A stretch of 64,000 nt of DNA from the human T2T-CHM13v2.0 reference genome, Homo sapiens. A program made the translations under genes and the position numbers. The stretch lies in NCBI RefSeq assembly GCF_009914755.1, contig NC_060926.1; one strand, 5' to 3'. The notes beneath the pieces are model-generated. The model was not told where the DNA came from. It saw only the letters and a list, made by a program, of their open reading frames with translations, and made no database searches. Positions 27,916-41,480 of this stretch are shown here, piece by piece (the first letter of the stretch is position 1; every line of letters starts with the position of its first letter).

Positions 27916-28124
27916 AACTCCTAGCAACTTTATCGATAGTGTCTATCGTCATCTTAATCTTGACTGTAGATTGACTGTTTTTAAATGGACTTAAAGTGAC
28001 AGCAAATTAGTGACCACCATGTCATATTTTAAAGGCTTACAATGAAGTAATTTATTCTGTTATATAAAATAGAATGATCTTTCATCTAAATTAGAGAAGT
28101 TTTGCAATTGTGTAGGTATATTGA

Positions 28125-28150
28125 GTGTGTGTGTGTGTGTGTGTGTGTGT
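28125..28150. repeat. (GT)n microsatellite
   Basis: Direct reading. Confidence 0.95.
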
Positions 28151-30268
28151 TTATTACATGCAGTTCAAGGGAGGCTAGGTATATGATAATATCTTATCCA
28201 AGAACTGTTCCCACTGTGCTTCCCGAAAGAAAACCGTCTGATTTCATGTCATTTCAGGCACTTTGGGTTATTTTAAAAGTCTTATCTAGTTTTTTAAGAC
28301 ATGGTTCTAGAATGCAGTCTAAGAATGCAGTCCCGTGTGTGATTATAAGACCTCTTTCTCCCTTCCAGTCTTTCCCTGGTTCAGAAAAGACTTGACTCCA
28401 TAGGCATCATTTGGAGCTGGAGAAGACCTGTTCTTTTCCCATCGCCTTCATGTGCTCCTTGCTTTCCCCCTGGTGGTTCTACTTTATAGAGGACATTCAA
28501 ATGGGAGTTCACTCTGGGATCCATTGGATAGTTTTTCTTAGGGACTCTGGGTCTCCCCTAGAGTTTCCTGGAATGAGCACTTAGTCTCTGCAAAGAAAAA
28601 TTGACAGCAGAGTCTGCCACAATAAAAATTTCTACTCAAGTTTGTAGCCCTCTTGTGGGCGTGGACAGGATGATACTCCATAGAATTTCCACAGCATCCT
28701 TTTCACTCATGGAAAACTCACTCACCTTTGCCACACCAAATGTGGGATGCAGGCTTTTCCCCATCTTCCACACACATACCCCATTTCTGCTCACCTGTCT
28801 CTCCCTTAGCCCTTCTTCTGCCCAGTAGTATCAGGTGGATTTAAAGCTTAGAAAGTTCTAGAACTAAGAGATAAATCAGCCTTCAAAACAGTAGGAAGTT
28901 AAATGGAGGTAGTGGGGGAAATGCTTTTCAAGGTACCTTTATCTTGAAGAAAGGGACATTTTAATAAGCAATAGAATAATGATGAAGAAGTGGTTGTATT
29001 CCCTCAAATTCACTTATTCCCAAGTTTTATAGATCTGTGTTTATTATATTTTTTCTGCAGCCCACACTTAGAAATAATTTTTGCATTACAATCAAGTTGG
29101 CTCTCTCTCCCTCTCTCTCCTTTTCTCACACATCACATACCTGAAATAATAATAGTAAACTCAGCATTCACCTATTTTATATACCCTGCACTATGTTTCC
29201 TTTTCTTCTTCTATCCAGTACTATCAGTGTTTAACTTGCTTGTTTCGTGACCCACAAAACTGATTAGATAACCTTAACCTTTGCATGCGTCACGTTTCAC
29301 AATTTATAAAGCACTGCTGTAGAAGGTAAAGACTAATAAACGTGTTGGTTGACCTTTCTTCCCTTGTACAAAGGATTCTCAGGTCAATAGCTAGATTTTA
29401 CTAAACTGGCCCTGAAAATTTTATAATTTTGATTCTCAATAGCAGTTTTCTGTACTCTAGTCTGTGAGTTACTGGGGAACATTTGAAGGCAAGAAGAATA
29501 GCAGTTAATACGGCGTGCCACCTTCTCACCATGCACACTGGATTCGCAGGTAGCTGTGTATGCATGCACTTATATTTCCTAAACCAGTTTTATTGTTTTT
29601 CCTGAACATACATGCTTGTTGTTTAAAAAAAACTGTTCTGAAATATATAATTCTTTCTCATTCCTGCAGAGTAATCACTAATTCAGGTCTTTTTTAAGTC
29701 CTACTTAATACATATAAGCACCCACGCATGCTTATACTTTAGTAGTCTTTTTGTTTCTATCACGGTCTTGTTTATTCTAAAAGTTGATCATTGGAGAGAA
29801 GGTGACCTTGACATGAAAGTCGGCTCTTGCTTCAAAGTCTAAACTGGGACCTCCTTGCTGCCTTGAAGGGTAAATTTATGATCTCTCTGGGATAAGAACA
29901 TGATCTTTAGACTCTATTAACTTTTATCCAACTTCTTTCTCATTTAACATGAAAATGCTTAGGTTTTTGTTTTTAACCTTGTTTTTTAGCTTTCATTGTG
30001 CACTTGCTGATTTCGTTCTCAGTGTGACCTCTTAAATATCCAAAGGGAAAGGAAAATTGCTTTAGAAAACCTCTGTGCAAGGAAGTTCAGAGAATTGGAC
30101 TTACCTTTGTAAGAATAATATGAGCTGGATATAGTTTACTGGGACACAAAAATCTGCATATACCAAGGGAGTGGGACAATAGACGTAATGATGTGAATGG
30201 TAAAAATAATAAAGAGGACTTTGCCTCATTTATTGATTTTTTCAAGTATTTTCCATCTGAGTTACTGA

Positions 30269-30768
<500 letters not shown>

Positions 30769-33703
30769 AAGCTGACGTTTCTTACAGCTATTGCCTCAAA
30801 TAAGTACACGATGGAGGATGTCCTTATGGCTTAAGTCTGCCTCATAGACGATTGTTCAGTGAAACACTTAAATTACTCCCTAAGTCTCAACTCTAATTCC
30901 TTAGGTCATAACTAAAAAATTTACTTTTGGCTAAGGAGTGCAAGAAACAGACAAGCAACCAAAACAAAACCTATACATACTCCCCCTCCAAACACACACC
31001 AAGATTCTCTTTAATATTCATTATGATAATTGTAACCATATAAGGAGTTCTTTTTGCGTGTCTGACAGTATGCTATACATTGTCACTAAACCCCCAAAGA
31101 AAACTTAGAGGTATTATTACTAAGTTACAGATAAAATTTTTTTAAAAAGATTTAAGTTGTTCTAACGTCACGTTGGTGAAGATTTTAACCCATCTTTCAG
31201 AATATACCATGGACATAGTTGTCAGGCAAGCAAGTTAGTGTAGAGATGCCTTTCATTGTTTAATGGTAGGTGCTCTTTTAGATGTCTGGTAGGAACCCAA
31301 TAGTTATCTTGTTTATTAATAATAACAGGATCAAGAGGGGAAGTCATTTTCTTTGGTTCTCTTATTTCCAAGCAACATTTCTGCATTAGTAATGAACTCC
31401 TTAAACAAACACTGAGGATTCTTATTAGCTTTCTTTTTCTATGGCAAACATTATTAACTGATCACGGCATCTTTACACTGGAAGGGCTGGGCAGCAGAAG
31501 CTTCCACAGAAGGCTCTCTGGCCAGACACCACCAATCAATTATTGAAGGTATCAAAATTAAAACCAATGTGCCATTTCTGCCTTTTTCTATCCTATGACT
31601 CTCTTACACTGAGGATTAGAAAGACAATTTTGAATTTTTCACTTAAGTCTTAAGAGACATGTTGATTTGCAAGAGGTATTTATGAGGTGTTATGCAGAGT
31701 AAGCTAGTTAACTCTTTGATATCCTCTCTCATGGAGACTAAGTAAGTTGGCTTTCCCTGTTAAGGAAAATAGTGTTAACATCTGCATTTCACAGTGAGTT
31801 AAGAATTTTCGGGAATGGGGCATTACATTTACGGCCTAGGTTCTGAAATTGTACATGAACAATTTGAGCTCAAAGATTACAATGTTGAAAATCAGTGATT
31901 TTCTAACAGCTCCTTAATGTATAGCAGCAGCAACAGCCATCACAATAATAATATAACTTTTCCAGGTTCCTACTATGAAGCTAAGCTCTATACAGACAAA
32001 GCTTATTTTATTGTACTTTGTGTTATTGTGCTTTGCAGACAATGCATTTTTTTTTTCCAAATGAAAAATTTTTGGCATCATTTTTGCAGCAGTATATGCC
32101 TAATTCATGTGTTTGGGTCACATTTTGGGAAATCTCAGAATATTTCAAATTAATTCATTATTATTGTATCTGTTATTGTGATCTGTGATCAGTGATCTTT
32201 GATGTTACTCTCATAATTCTTTTGGAGTGCCATGAACCATGTCAGTATAAAACAGCAAAGTTAATCAATAAATGTTGTGTGTGTTCTGGCTGCTCCACCG
32301 ACTAGCTGTTGCCCCATCTATCTCCTTTTCCGCAGGCCTCCATACTCCCTGATACACAGCAACTTTGAAATTATGGCAATTAATAATCCTATAGTCACCT
32401 CTAAGTACTCAAGTTAAAGGAAGAGTCACACATCTCTCAATATAAATCAAAAGCAAGAAAAGATTAAGCTTAATGAGGAAGGCATGTCAATAGCCAAGAC
32501 AGGCCAAAAGCTAGGCCTCTTGGTTCAGTTATCCAAGTTGTGAATGCAAAGGAAAACTTCTTGAAAGAAATTAAAAGTGCTACTCCAGTGAATGCACAAA
32601 TGATAAAGCAAAACAGCCTTATTGCTGATATGAAGAAAGTTTTAATGGTCTGTATAGATCAGAGCAGCCACAACATTCCCTTGAGCCAAAGCCTAATTCC
32701 AGAGCAAGGCCGTAACTCCCTTCAGTTCTATAAAGGCTGAGAGAGATGAGGAAATTGCAAAGGAAAACTTTGAAGTTAGCAGAGTTTGGTTCATGAGGTT
32801 TAAGGAAAGACACTGTCTCCATAACATCAAAGTGCAAGCTGAAGCAGCAAGTGCTGTTATAGAAATCACAGCAAACCGGTTATCCAGAAGATGTATCTGA
32901 GATCATTGCTGAAGTTGGCCACACTAGACAACAAATTTTCAGTGTAGCCAAAACAGCCTTCTATTGGAAGAAGATGGCGTCTAGGAATTTTAGAGCCAGA
33001 GAGAAGCTGATGCCTCTCTTCAAAGCTTCAAAGGACAGGCTGACTCTTTTGTTAGAGGCTGATGGAGCTGACAGCTTTAAAATGAAGCCAGTGCTCATGT
33101 ATCTTTCTGAAAACCCTAAGGACCTTAAGAGTTAGGCTGACTGTGCTCTACAAATGGAACAACAAACCCTGGATGATAGTACCTCTGCTTGCAGCACAGT
33201 TTACTCAATATTTTTAAGCCCACGATTGAAACCTACTGCTTAAAGAAACAACATTTTCTGTCAAAATATACCTGCTCATTAACAATGCACCTGGTTACCC
33301 AAGAGCTCTGATGGAGAGGTGCAAGGAGAATAATGTTTTCAGGCCTGCCAGCACAACATTCATTGTACAGCCCTTGAGTTAAGGATAATTTTGTATTTCA
33401 AATCTTATTTTTTCAAAAGTTGATTCCAACCCTCATGAATGACTTTGAGTGGCTCGAGACTTTAGTGAAGGAATTAGCTGCAGAGGTGGTGGAAATAAAA
33501 AGATAACTAAAATTAGAAGTGGAGTCTCCAGAAGTTCCTGAATTGCTGTACTCTCATGATAAAACCTAAGTGGATAAGGATTTACTTCTTATGGATGAGC
33601 AAAGATGGAATTTACTCCCAGTAAATACGATGTGAACATTGTTGAAATGACAGCAAAGGATTTAGAATATTATATAAAGTTGGTTGATAAAGCAGTGGTA
33701 GAT

Positions 33704-34151
33704 TGTATTAGTCAGTCTAGAGGGACAGAACTAATAGGAGATATATATGTATATATAAAAGGGAGTTTATTAAGTAGCATTAACTCACACGATCACAAGG
33801 TCCCATCATAGGCCATCTGCAAGCTGAGGAGCAAGGAAGCCAGTCCAAGTCCCAAAGCTGAAGAACTTGGAGTCCGATTTTCAAGGGAAGGAAGCATCCA
33901 ACACAGGAGAAAGATGTAGGCTGGGAGGCTAAGCCAATCTAGCCTTTTTATGTTTTTCTGCCTGCTTTATGTTCTGGCAGCACTGGCAGCTGATTAGATG
34001 GTGCCCCCCCCAGATTAAGGGTGGGTCTACCTTTCCCAGCCCACTGACTCAACTGTTAATCTCCTTTGACAACACCCTCACAGACATATCCAGGATCAAT
34101 AGCTTGCATCCTTCAATCAGATTAAGTCGACACTCAATATTAACCATCCCA
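33704..34151 (-). mobile_element. MLT2A-type ERVL solo LTR nested in Tigger1
   Basis: TGTATTAGTCAG..CTAGAGGGACAGAACTAATAGGA...CAATATTAACCATCCCA. Confidence 0.9.
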
Positions 34152-34519
34152 TGGAATTTGAAAGGGTAGACTCTAATCTTGAAAGAAGTTCAACTGTGGG
34201 AAAAATGCTATCAAACAGCATCACATGCCACAGATAAATACTTTGCAAAGGAAAAGTCAATCAATGTGGCAAAATCCATCGTCTTAATTTTTGAAATTTT
34301 CATAGCCACCCCAACATTCAGCAACCAACACCCTGATCAGTCAGCAGCTAGTAATAGCAAGGCAAGTTCCTCCACCAGCAAAACATTTAGACTCACTAAA
34401 GGCTCAGATGATTGTTAGCATTTTTTGGCAATAAAGTGTTTTCTAATTAGGATATGTCCACTTTTTTTAGATGTAATGCTGTTGCACACTAGTAGACCAC
34501 AGTATAATATAAACATAAC

Positions 34520-35545
34520 TTTTTTTTATTATACTTTAAGTTCTGGGATACATGTGCAGAACGTGCAGGTTTGTTGCATAGGTATACACATGCCATGGTG
34601 GTTTGCCACACCCATCAACCCATCATATACATTAGGTATTTCTCCTAATGCTATCCCTCTCCTAGCCCCCCACCCTCTGACAGGCCCCAGTATGTGATGT
34701 TCCCCTCCTTGTGTCCATGCGTTCTCATTGTTCAACTCCCACTAATGAGTGAGAACATGCAGTGTTTGATTTTCTGTTCCCGTGTTAGTTTGCTGAGAAT
34801 CATGGTTTCCAGCTTCATCTGTGTCCCTGCAAAGGACATGAACTCATCCTTTTTTATGGTTGCATAGTATTCCATGGTGAATATGTGCCACAGTTTCTTT
34901 ATCCAGTCTATCATTGATGGACATTAGAGTTGGTTCCAAGTCTTTGCTGTTGTGAATAGAGCTGCAATAAACATACGTGTGCATGTGTCTTTATAGTAGG
35001 ATGATTTATAATCCTTTGGATATACACCCAGTAATGGGATTGCTGAGTCAAATGATATTTCTGGTTGTAGATCCTTGAGGAATCACCACAGTGTCTTCCA
35101 CAGTTGTTGAACTAATTTGCACTCCCACCAACAGTGTAAAAGTGTTCCTGTTTCTCCACATCCTCTCCAGCATCTGTTATTTCCTGACTTTTTAATGATC
35201 ACCATTCTAACTGGTATGAGATGGTATCTCATTGTGGTTTTGATTTGCATTTCTCTAACGACCAGTGATGATGAGCTTTTTTTCATATGTTTGTTGACCG
35301 CATAAATGTCTTCTTTTGAGAAGTATCTGTTCATATCCTTTGACCACTTTTTGATGGGGTTGTTTGTTTTTTTCTTGTAAATTTGTTTAAGTTCTTTGTA
35401 GATTCTGGATATTAGCCTTTAGTCTGATGATTCTGGATATTAGCTCTTTGTCTGATGGAGAGATTGCAAAAATTTTTTCCAATTCTGTAGGTTATCTGTT
35501 CACTCTGCTCATAGTTTCTTTTGCTGTGCAGAAGCTCTTTAGCGT
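34520..35545 (-). mobile_element. L1PA (about PA7-8) 3' fragment nested in Tigger1
   Basis: ORF2 C-terminal peptides (35083-35334, 34732-34914); TSD-like AACATAACTTTT / AGCATGACTTTT. Confidence 0.96.
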
Positions 35546-35900
35546 CAGCATGACTTTTAAACGCACTAAGAAACCAAAAATGTATGTGACTTGCATCATC
35601 ACGATATTTGCTTTATTGGGGTGATATGGAGTCGAACCCACAATGTCTTCAAAGTATGCCCATACTAAGTACCCACTCCTTATACACTCAATTTTCACAA
35701 CAATCTTGTAAGATAATTTTATTCTTTATAAGTCAAAACAAAATATTTACAGTTCAGGCTTCAGTAACTTGCTTATCAGCAACACAGCTACACTTCTCAA
35801 CTGAATACCAAGGCTGCCTTTTCCTCTAGAGTTGTAATGTGACATAGTACTAAATGATACCAGAGACTTTTCATGGCAAACCTATAAAAAAAGTAGTGTT

Positions 35901-36203
<303 letters not shown>

Positions 36204-36911
36204 GTAGTGTTTCTAATATCTCTCAGGCTGTCTTTAAAACTGCATGTTTAAACAGTTTGCTAGACTAATATGTTCAGTATCCTTGGTAGTTGTAAGTTTC
36301 TTGTATCTTCTTTCTTTACTCTTTCTCTGCAAAAGCATAATCCATCTCATTGCTGATATTCTCAGATTCTAATCTGGTACAGGTTAACAATATAAAGCAG
36401 TATGCACTTATTCACAAAATAATATATATTTGTAGATTTTGTGATTCACAATAAATCAGTAATAGCATATTGCTCTCTCTCTCCCCTACTGGCCTTGGTG
36501 ATAGTTGTTCTGGGAATTCTATAAACCATGGCATCATCATGAGAGAGACACACAGGCTTTCTTTCTGATGTTAATCAAACCATTTCTATTTCTTCATAGC
36601 TTTTCATTAGATGGATTTTGGCTTTATGTAATACAGAAACACATCTTACTTTTAAATTGAACTGTATGATTTTAATTTATTCTTCATCTTTGCTAATTGT
36701 TTTACTTTGGTCAAATCTGAAAATCCTTCTATACCTCAGAAATGTATCTGGAAAAATGGGGATAAACATAAATCACAGGGTTATCATAAAGATTTTAATA
36801 TACTAGTGAGGAATTCCTTTGAAATTGAGTATGCATTGACTGCTATTGTTATTACTAGAACGACTTGGAAGTGGACATGAATCATTTTTAAATAGTTGTT
36901 TGGTGGTACAG

Positions 36912-37752
36912 TTTTTTTAAAAAAAATTTCTATAGGTTTTTGGGGGCAGGTAGTATTTGGTTGCATGAGTAAGTTCTTTAGTGGTGATTGGTGAGATTTT
37001 GGTGCACCCATGACCCAAGCAGTATACACTGTACCCAATTTGTAGCGTTTTATCCCTCATGCTCTTCCCACCCTTTCCCCCTGAGTCCTCAAAGTCCATT
37101 GTATCATTCTTATGTCTTTGCATCCTCATAGTTGAGTTCTCGCTTATGAGTGAGAACATACAATGTTTGGTTTCTCATCCCTGAATTACTTCACTTGGAG
37201 TGATAATCTCCAATCCCATCCAGGTTGCTGTGAATGCCATTAATTCATTTTTTTTTCTTTTATGGCTGAGTAGTATCCCATCATGTATATATCCCACAGT
37301 TTTTTTATCCACTCATCGATTGATGGGCATTTGGGCTCGTTCCATATTTCTGCAATTGCAAATTGTGCTGCTATAAGCATGCGTGTGCAAGTATCTTTTT
37401 TGTATAATGGCTTCTTTTCCTCTGGGTAGATACCCAACAGTGTGATTGCTGGATCAAATGGTAATTCTACTTTTAGTTCTTTAAGGGCTCTCCACACTGT
37501 TTTCCATAGTGGTTGTGCTAGTTTACATTACTACCAGCAGTGTAGAGGTGTTCCCATTTCACCACATCCATGCCAACATCTATTTTTTTTTTTTTTTTTG
37601 GTTATGGCCATTATTGCCAGAGTAAGGTGGTATTGCATTTTTGGTTTTGATTGGCGTTTCCCTGGTCATTAGTGAGATTGAGCATTTTTTCACATTTGAA
37701 AACATAGCTTAGCTCCCACTTATAACTGGGGGCCATTTCTATATTTTCTTTT
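36912..37752 (-). mobile_element. L1PB 3' fragment
   Basis: ORF 37240-37497 [28 protein letters not shown]; L1PB-type 3' UTR; ATTTTTAAATAGTT on both flanks. Confidence 0.93.
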
Positions 37753-39106
37753 AATTTTTAAATAGTTTAAAAACATAAGCAAAGCTATATAGTCTCATAT
37801 TTTAACAACTAGCTTGAAAGTATTTAATGGAAAAATTTATATTAGTATTGCTTATGTAAACCTTTATTGGTAGTTGGTGATACTTCTATCACTCATGTTA
37901 AATTCTCTTCTCAAATAAATTATAGTGTTTTATAACACACATACACACACGTGTGCACCTAACATTTGTTGTGATTTGCTAAGTACTAGGCATATAATTT
38001 GCCTCCCAATTTATTACAAGTAAGGTTTATCAAATATTTTACCACTGCATAACATGGAATATCACCTTGCCAGCCTCCAATAGTATTTCCTTGACACCAG
38101 CTGCCTGACTGCTAAGGCGTTGACAACTATTTTTGTTTTAATTGTAGCAGGATCCCACTCTTGGTACTTGTTTAGGTATTAGGGTGATTTCGATGGGCCC
38201 ATTAACCCTACTGACTGAGCATCTCAGTGGCTCAACACAGAAAAGATGCATTTCTTGCCCATGCTATATGTCTGAATGACTGTTGATTGGCTGCAAGTCA
38301 ACAGTTCTAAAATAAAACTATGCTTAGCTTTAAAAAAATAAAATAAGGGTCAGTAAAATATCTAGTTATTTTTCTTTATTTTTATTTTCTCACATTTTCA
38401 TTTAATTTTACATTATTTTATAAATATAACTGTACAAACTGTAAAGCCAGTTATTTGCTAAAGAGTTTTTTGATAAAACAAAATGATTGAGTAGAAAATC
38501 TCACCATGATCTTTGACTTACTTAATGGTAGTTACAGAAAACAATTTATATAAATTAAAAGGCCATACATAGTCCAAGCAACCAACAAGTATTTGACTCA
38601 TACAAATCTGTATCATGATGTCCATTAGCTCAAGATGTTGACTTTTCTTCTTTTTCTTCTTGCTGGTTTTTTTTTAAACTATTTTTTTTTTTTCATCTAG
38701 CCACCAGAGAATGCTTATGGGAAGTTAACATAAATATCAAACAGTGTTTTCAAATATTGTTTATGCTTGACTGAATAGGGATTTGCACAAAGAGTGGTTA
38801 AATATATGGACTAAAATAGATGCTCCCCATTATAAAATAATATTTGGTAGATTACTTATAAAATTTTTCTTGTTATTTTGAAACCCAAAGTTGTTTATAT
38901 ATATAGTCCTACTTTTTAGATTTAAGCCTTTTTTATGTGTTTGCTATTAACTGACTTAGAAAAAGTAATACCTTAAAATAAGAAAATAAATGCTTAGGAC
39001 AATAGGTAGATTGAAAATTCATTTGAAATTAAAAAAAATCTGTGACATTTATTTTTGTGCATATTAGTTCCAGAACTGAAAATAAAGCCCTGGCAGTCTC
39101 AGTGTC

Positions 39107-39126
39107 TATATATATATATGTGTGTG

Positions 39127-39186
<60 letters not shown>

Positions 39187-39187
39187 T
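39107..39187. repeat. Compound (TA)n(TG)n(TA)n(GA)n microsatellite
   Basis: Direct reading. Confidence 0.95.
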
Positions 39188-39676
39188 GAATGATATGAAT
39201 GTGTACTATGATACATTGGCCTTTTTGAATTACTTTTACAATTGCTATAGTTAAGCCATAATCATAGCAAAATATTTCACCAAGATGAAAGGAATATAAA
39301 AATGTTTCTGGCATTATAAAAATTGCAGTGAAGAAATTGGAACTTAAAGCCAAAACAAATAGCTTACATAATTAAAACAGAGCTTTGTCTGTGGTAAATT
39401 TTTTGGCCTGGAAATGTGAAATATTTCTTAATTCTTGAAAGTAATAGTTGTGAACACTTCATAAAATTATAGTGAGAGAGAGAATGTGCTGTAATTAGCA
39501 GCTGAAGAGATAAATAGAAAATCTTGCTTAGTCGTGTACCTTACATTTTCATCCTGACAATGCTGAATACATTTTAATGAGAATAAAATAAATTAAAATT
39601 AAAGCATCAGCATAGATTCTATATATACTGTTTTTCCAATCCACATTCCAAGAGTACCTCTGTGTTTACCATTGCT

Positions 39677-40585
39677 ATATATATATGTGTGTGTGTGTGT
39701 ATATACATGTGTATATATATATGTATGCACATATATATATACATATATATATAATTTCATTAGTTTGGGGGAACAGGTGTTTTCTGTTACATAGATAAGT
39801 TCTTTGGTTCTAATTTCTGAGATTTTGGTGTATCTGTCACCCAAGAAGTGTTCAGTGTACCCAATGTATAGCCTTTTATCCCTCAGCTCCCTCAGCCCCT
39901 TCCCCCCGAGTCTCCAAAGTCCATCGTATCATTCTTATACCTTTATGTTCTCATAGCTTAGCTCCCACTAATAACTGAGGACATGTGATATTTGATTTTC
40001 CATCCCTGAGTTACTTCACTTAAAATAATGATCTCCAACTCCATTTGGGTTGCTATAAACGCCATTATTTTGTTCGTTTTTATGGCTGAGTGGTATTCTA
40101 TGGTGTATATATTCCCCATCTTCTTTATCTATTCATTGGTGAATGGGCATTTAGGCTGGTTCGTATTTCTGCAATTGCAAAAACAAATAACCTCATCAAA
40201 ACATGGGCAAAGGACATGAATAGACAATTCTCAAAAGAAGATAAACAAATGGCCAACAAACATATGAAAAAAAATGCTCAACATCACTAATTATCAGAGA
40301 AATGCGAATTAAAACTAATGAGATACCACCTTACTCTTGCAAAAATGGCCACAATTAAAAAAATCAAAAAATAATAGATATTGGCATGGATGTGGTGAAA
40401 AGGGAACACTTTTACACTGCTAGTCAAAATGTAAACTAGTATAGCCACTGTGGAAAACAGTATGGAGCTTCCCTAAAAAACCAGAAGTAGAATTACCGTT
40501 TGATCCAGTAATCCCAATATTGGGTATCTACCCAGAAGAAAAGAAGTCATTATAAGAAAAAAAGACCCTTGCACATGCATGTTTA
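39677..40585 (-). mobile_element. 5'-inverted L1PB: minus-strand 3' part ~39750-40180, inverted plus-strand part ~40181-40585; tail is a (TA)/(TG) microsatellite
   Basis: Orientation switch at TGCAATTGCA|AAAACAAATAACC; TSD TACCATTGCT at 39667 and 40586. Confidence 0.93.
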
Positions 40586-41094
40586 TACCATTGCTTTTAG
40601 ATTTTACTTTGCAGACTTGTAAGAATTCTGTGATACAATGGGAATATGTTACTTTTGTTGCTGAGTTTTACATGATAGATTTCTGTCATATAAGTCAGCA
40701 ATAAAATTAATGATTAATGATTCTTATGACCTCCTTATATATATCTTAATGAGACCAACATTAAAGTTTGGCATTAATTAAATTCTGGGCCAAAAAATAT
40801 ATTATTTCAGACGCAGCTTGTACATTTTTTTAAATTGACTTTTGAGCTGATGTTAGGTTTGATTAGAAAAACATATTCAATGAGCTCCAAAAGTTGTGCT
40901 TATATGTGATGTCAGAAATATCCGGATACTGAATACAGAAATTGAAATGAAAGATGGAAACCTGAAGAAGACTACTTTTGAAATAGAGTGATCTAATTTT
41001 TATATTTACTACCTTCAAAGCCCACCTCTCACTGTATACTTTTTTGGGGTAAAAAAAAAATGTGCACTTCACATTCCCAGTTATCTACGAACTG

Positions 41095-41480
41095 ACTAGA
41101 TTCATTTAAATTCATTACATAGTTATCAAACCTTCACTACGTTACAGGACTGTGCTACATACTGGCTAGACGACAATAATGAAGCTCATTGAAAATATCA
41201 TTAGGGACACACATAATTTGCTGAGCTTTCCACCAATGGAATTACCTAGGTGCTCTGGTACATGAAGACAAACTTTATTCTGCCTGGGGAAAGCACTGGG
41301 GTTTTCCAGAAGAGGTCATCTTTGGTTAAGCCTTAAAAGAATTGGTGGATTTTTTCAAGTAGAGGTCTTTCTGAGAACACTGTAAACTGAATGATCAGTG
41401 TGAACAAATGTATGGGCCGTAAGTGGCCTCACAGAGACAGGAGAAATGTCCACTAGTTGAGTGTTTATTGTAGCATCTGG
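41095..41480 (-). mobile_element. L2 fragment (further L2-like pieces ~42090-42680 and ~44020-44520)
   Basis: TTCATTTAAATTCATT..., CCAGAAGAGGTCATCTTTGGTTAAGCCTTAAAAGA. Confidence 0.5.

Larger units (their letters stand above)
31993..35662 (+). mobile_element. Tigger1 (TcMar-Tigger) DNA transposon, near full length, decayed transposase, two nested insertions
   Basis: TA|CAGACAAAGC... and ...AAAGTATGCCCA|TA termini; ORF 32540-32740 [21 protein letters not shown] matches Tigger1 transposase; many stops and frameshifts. Confidence 0.93.

Noticed and set aside
27934-27948. Small hairpin CGATAG-TGT-CTATCG
   Set aside because: A 6-bp stem is expected by chance in 64 kb.
32540-33400. Possible domesticated TIGD-like transposase gene
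   Set aside because: Multiple stops, frameshifts and an apparent internal deletion indicate a neutral fossil.
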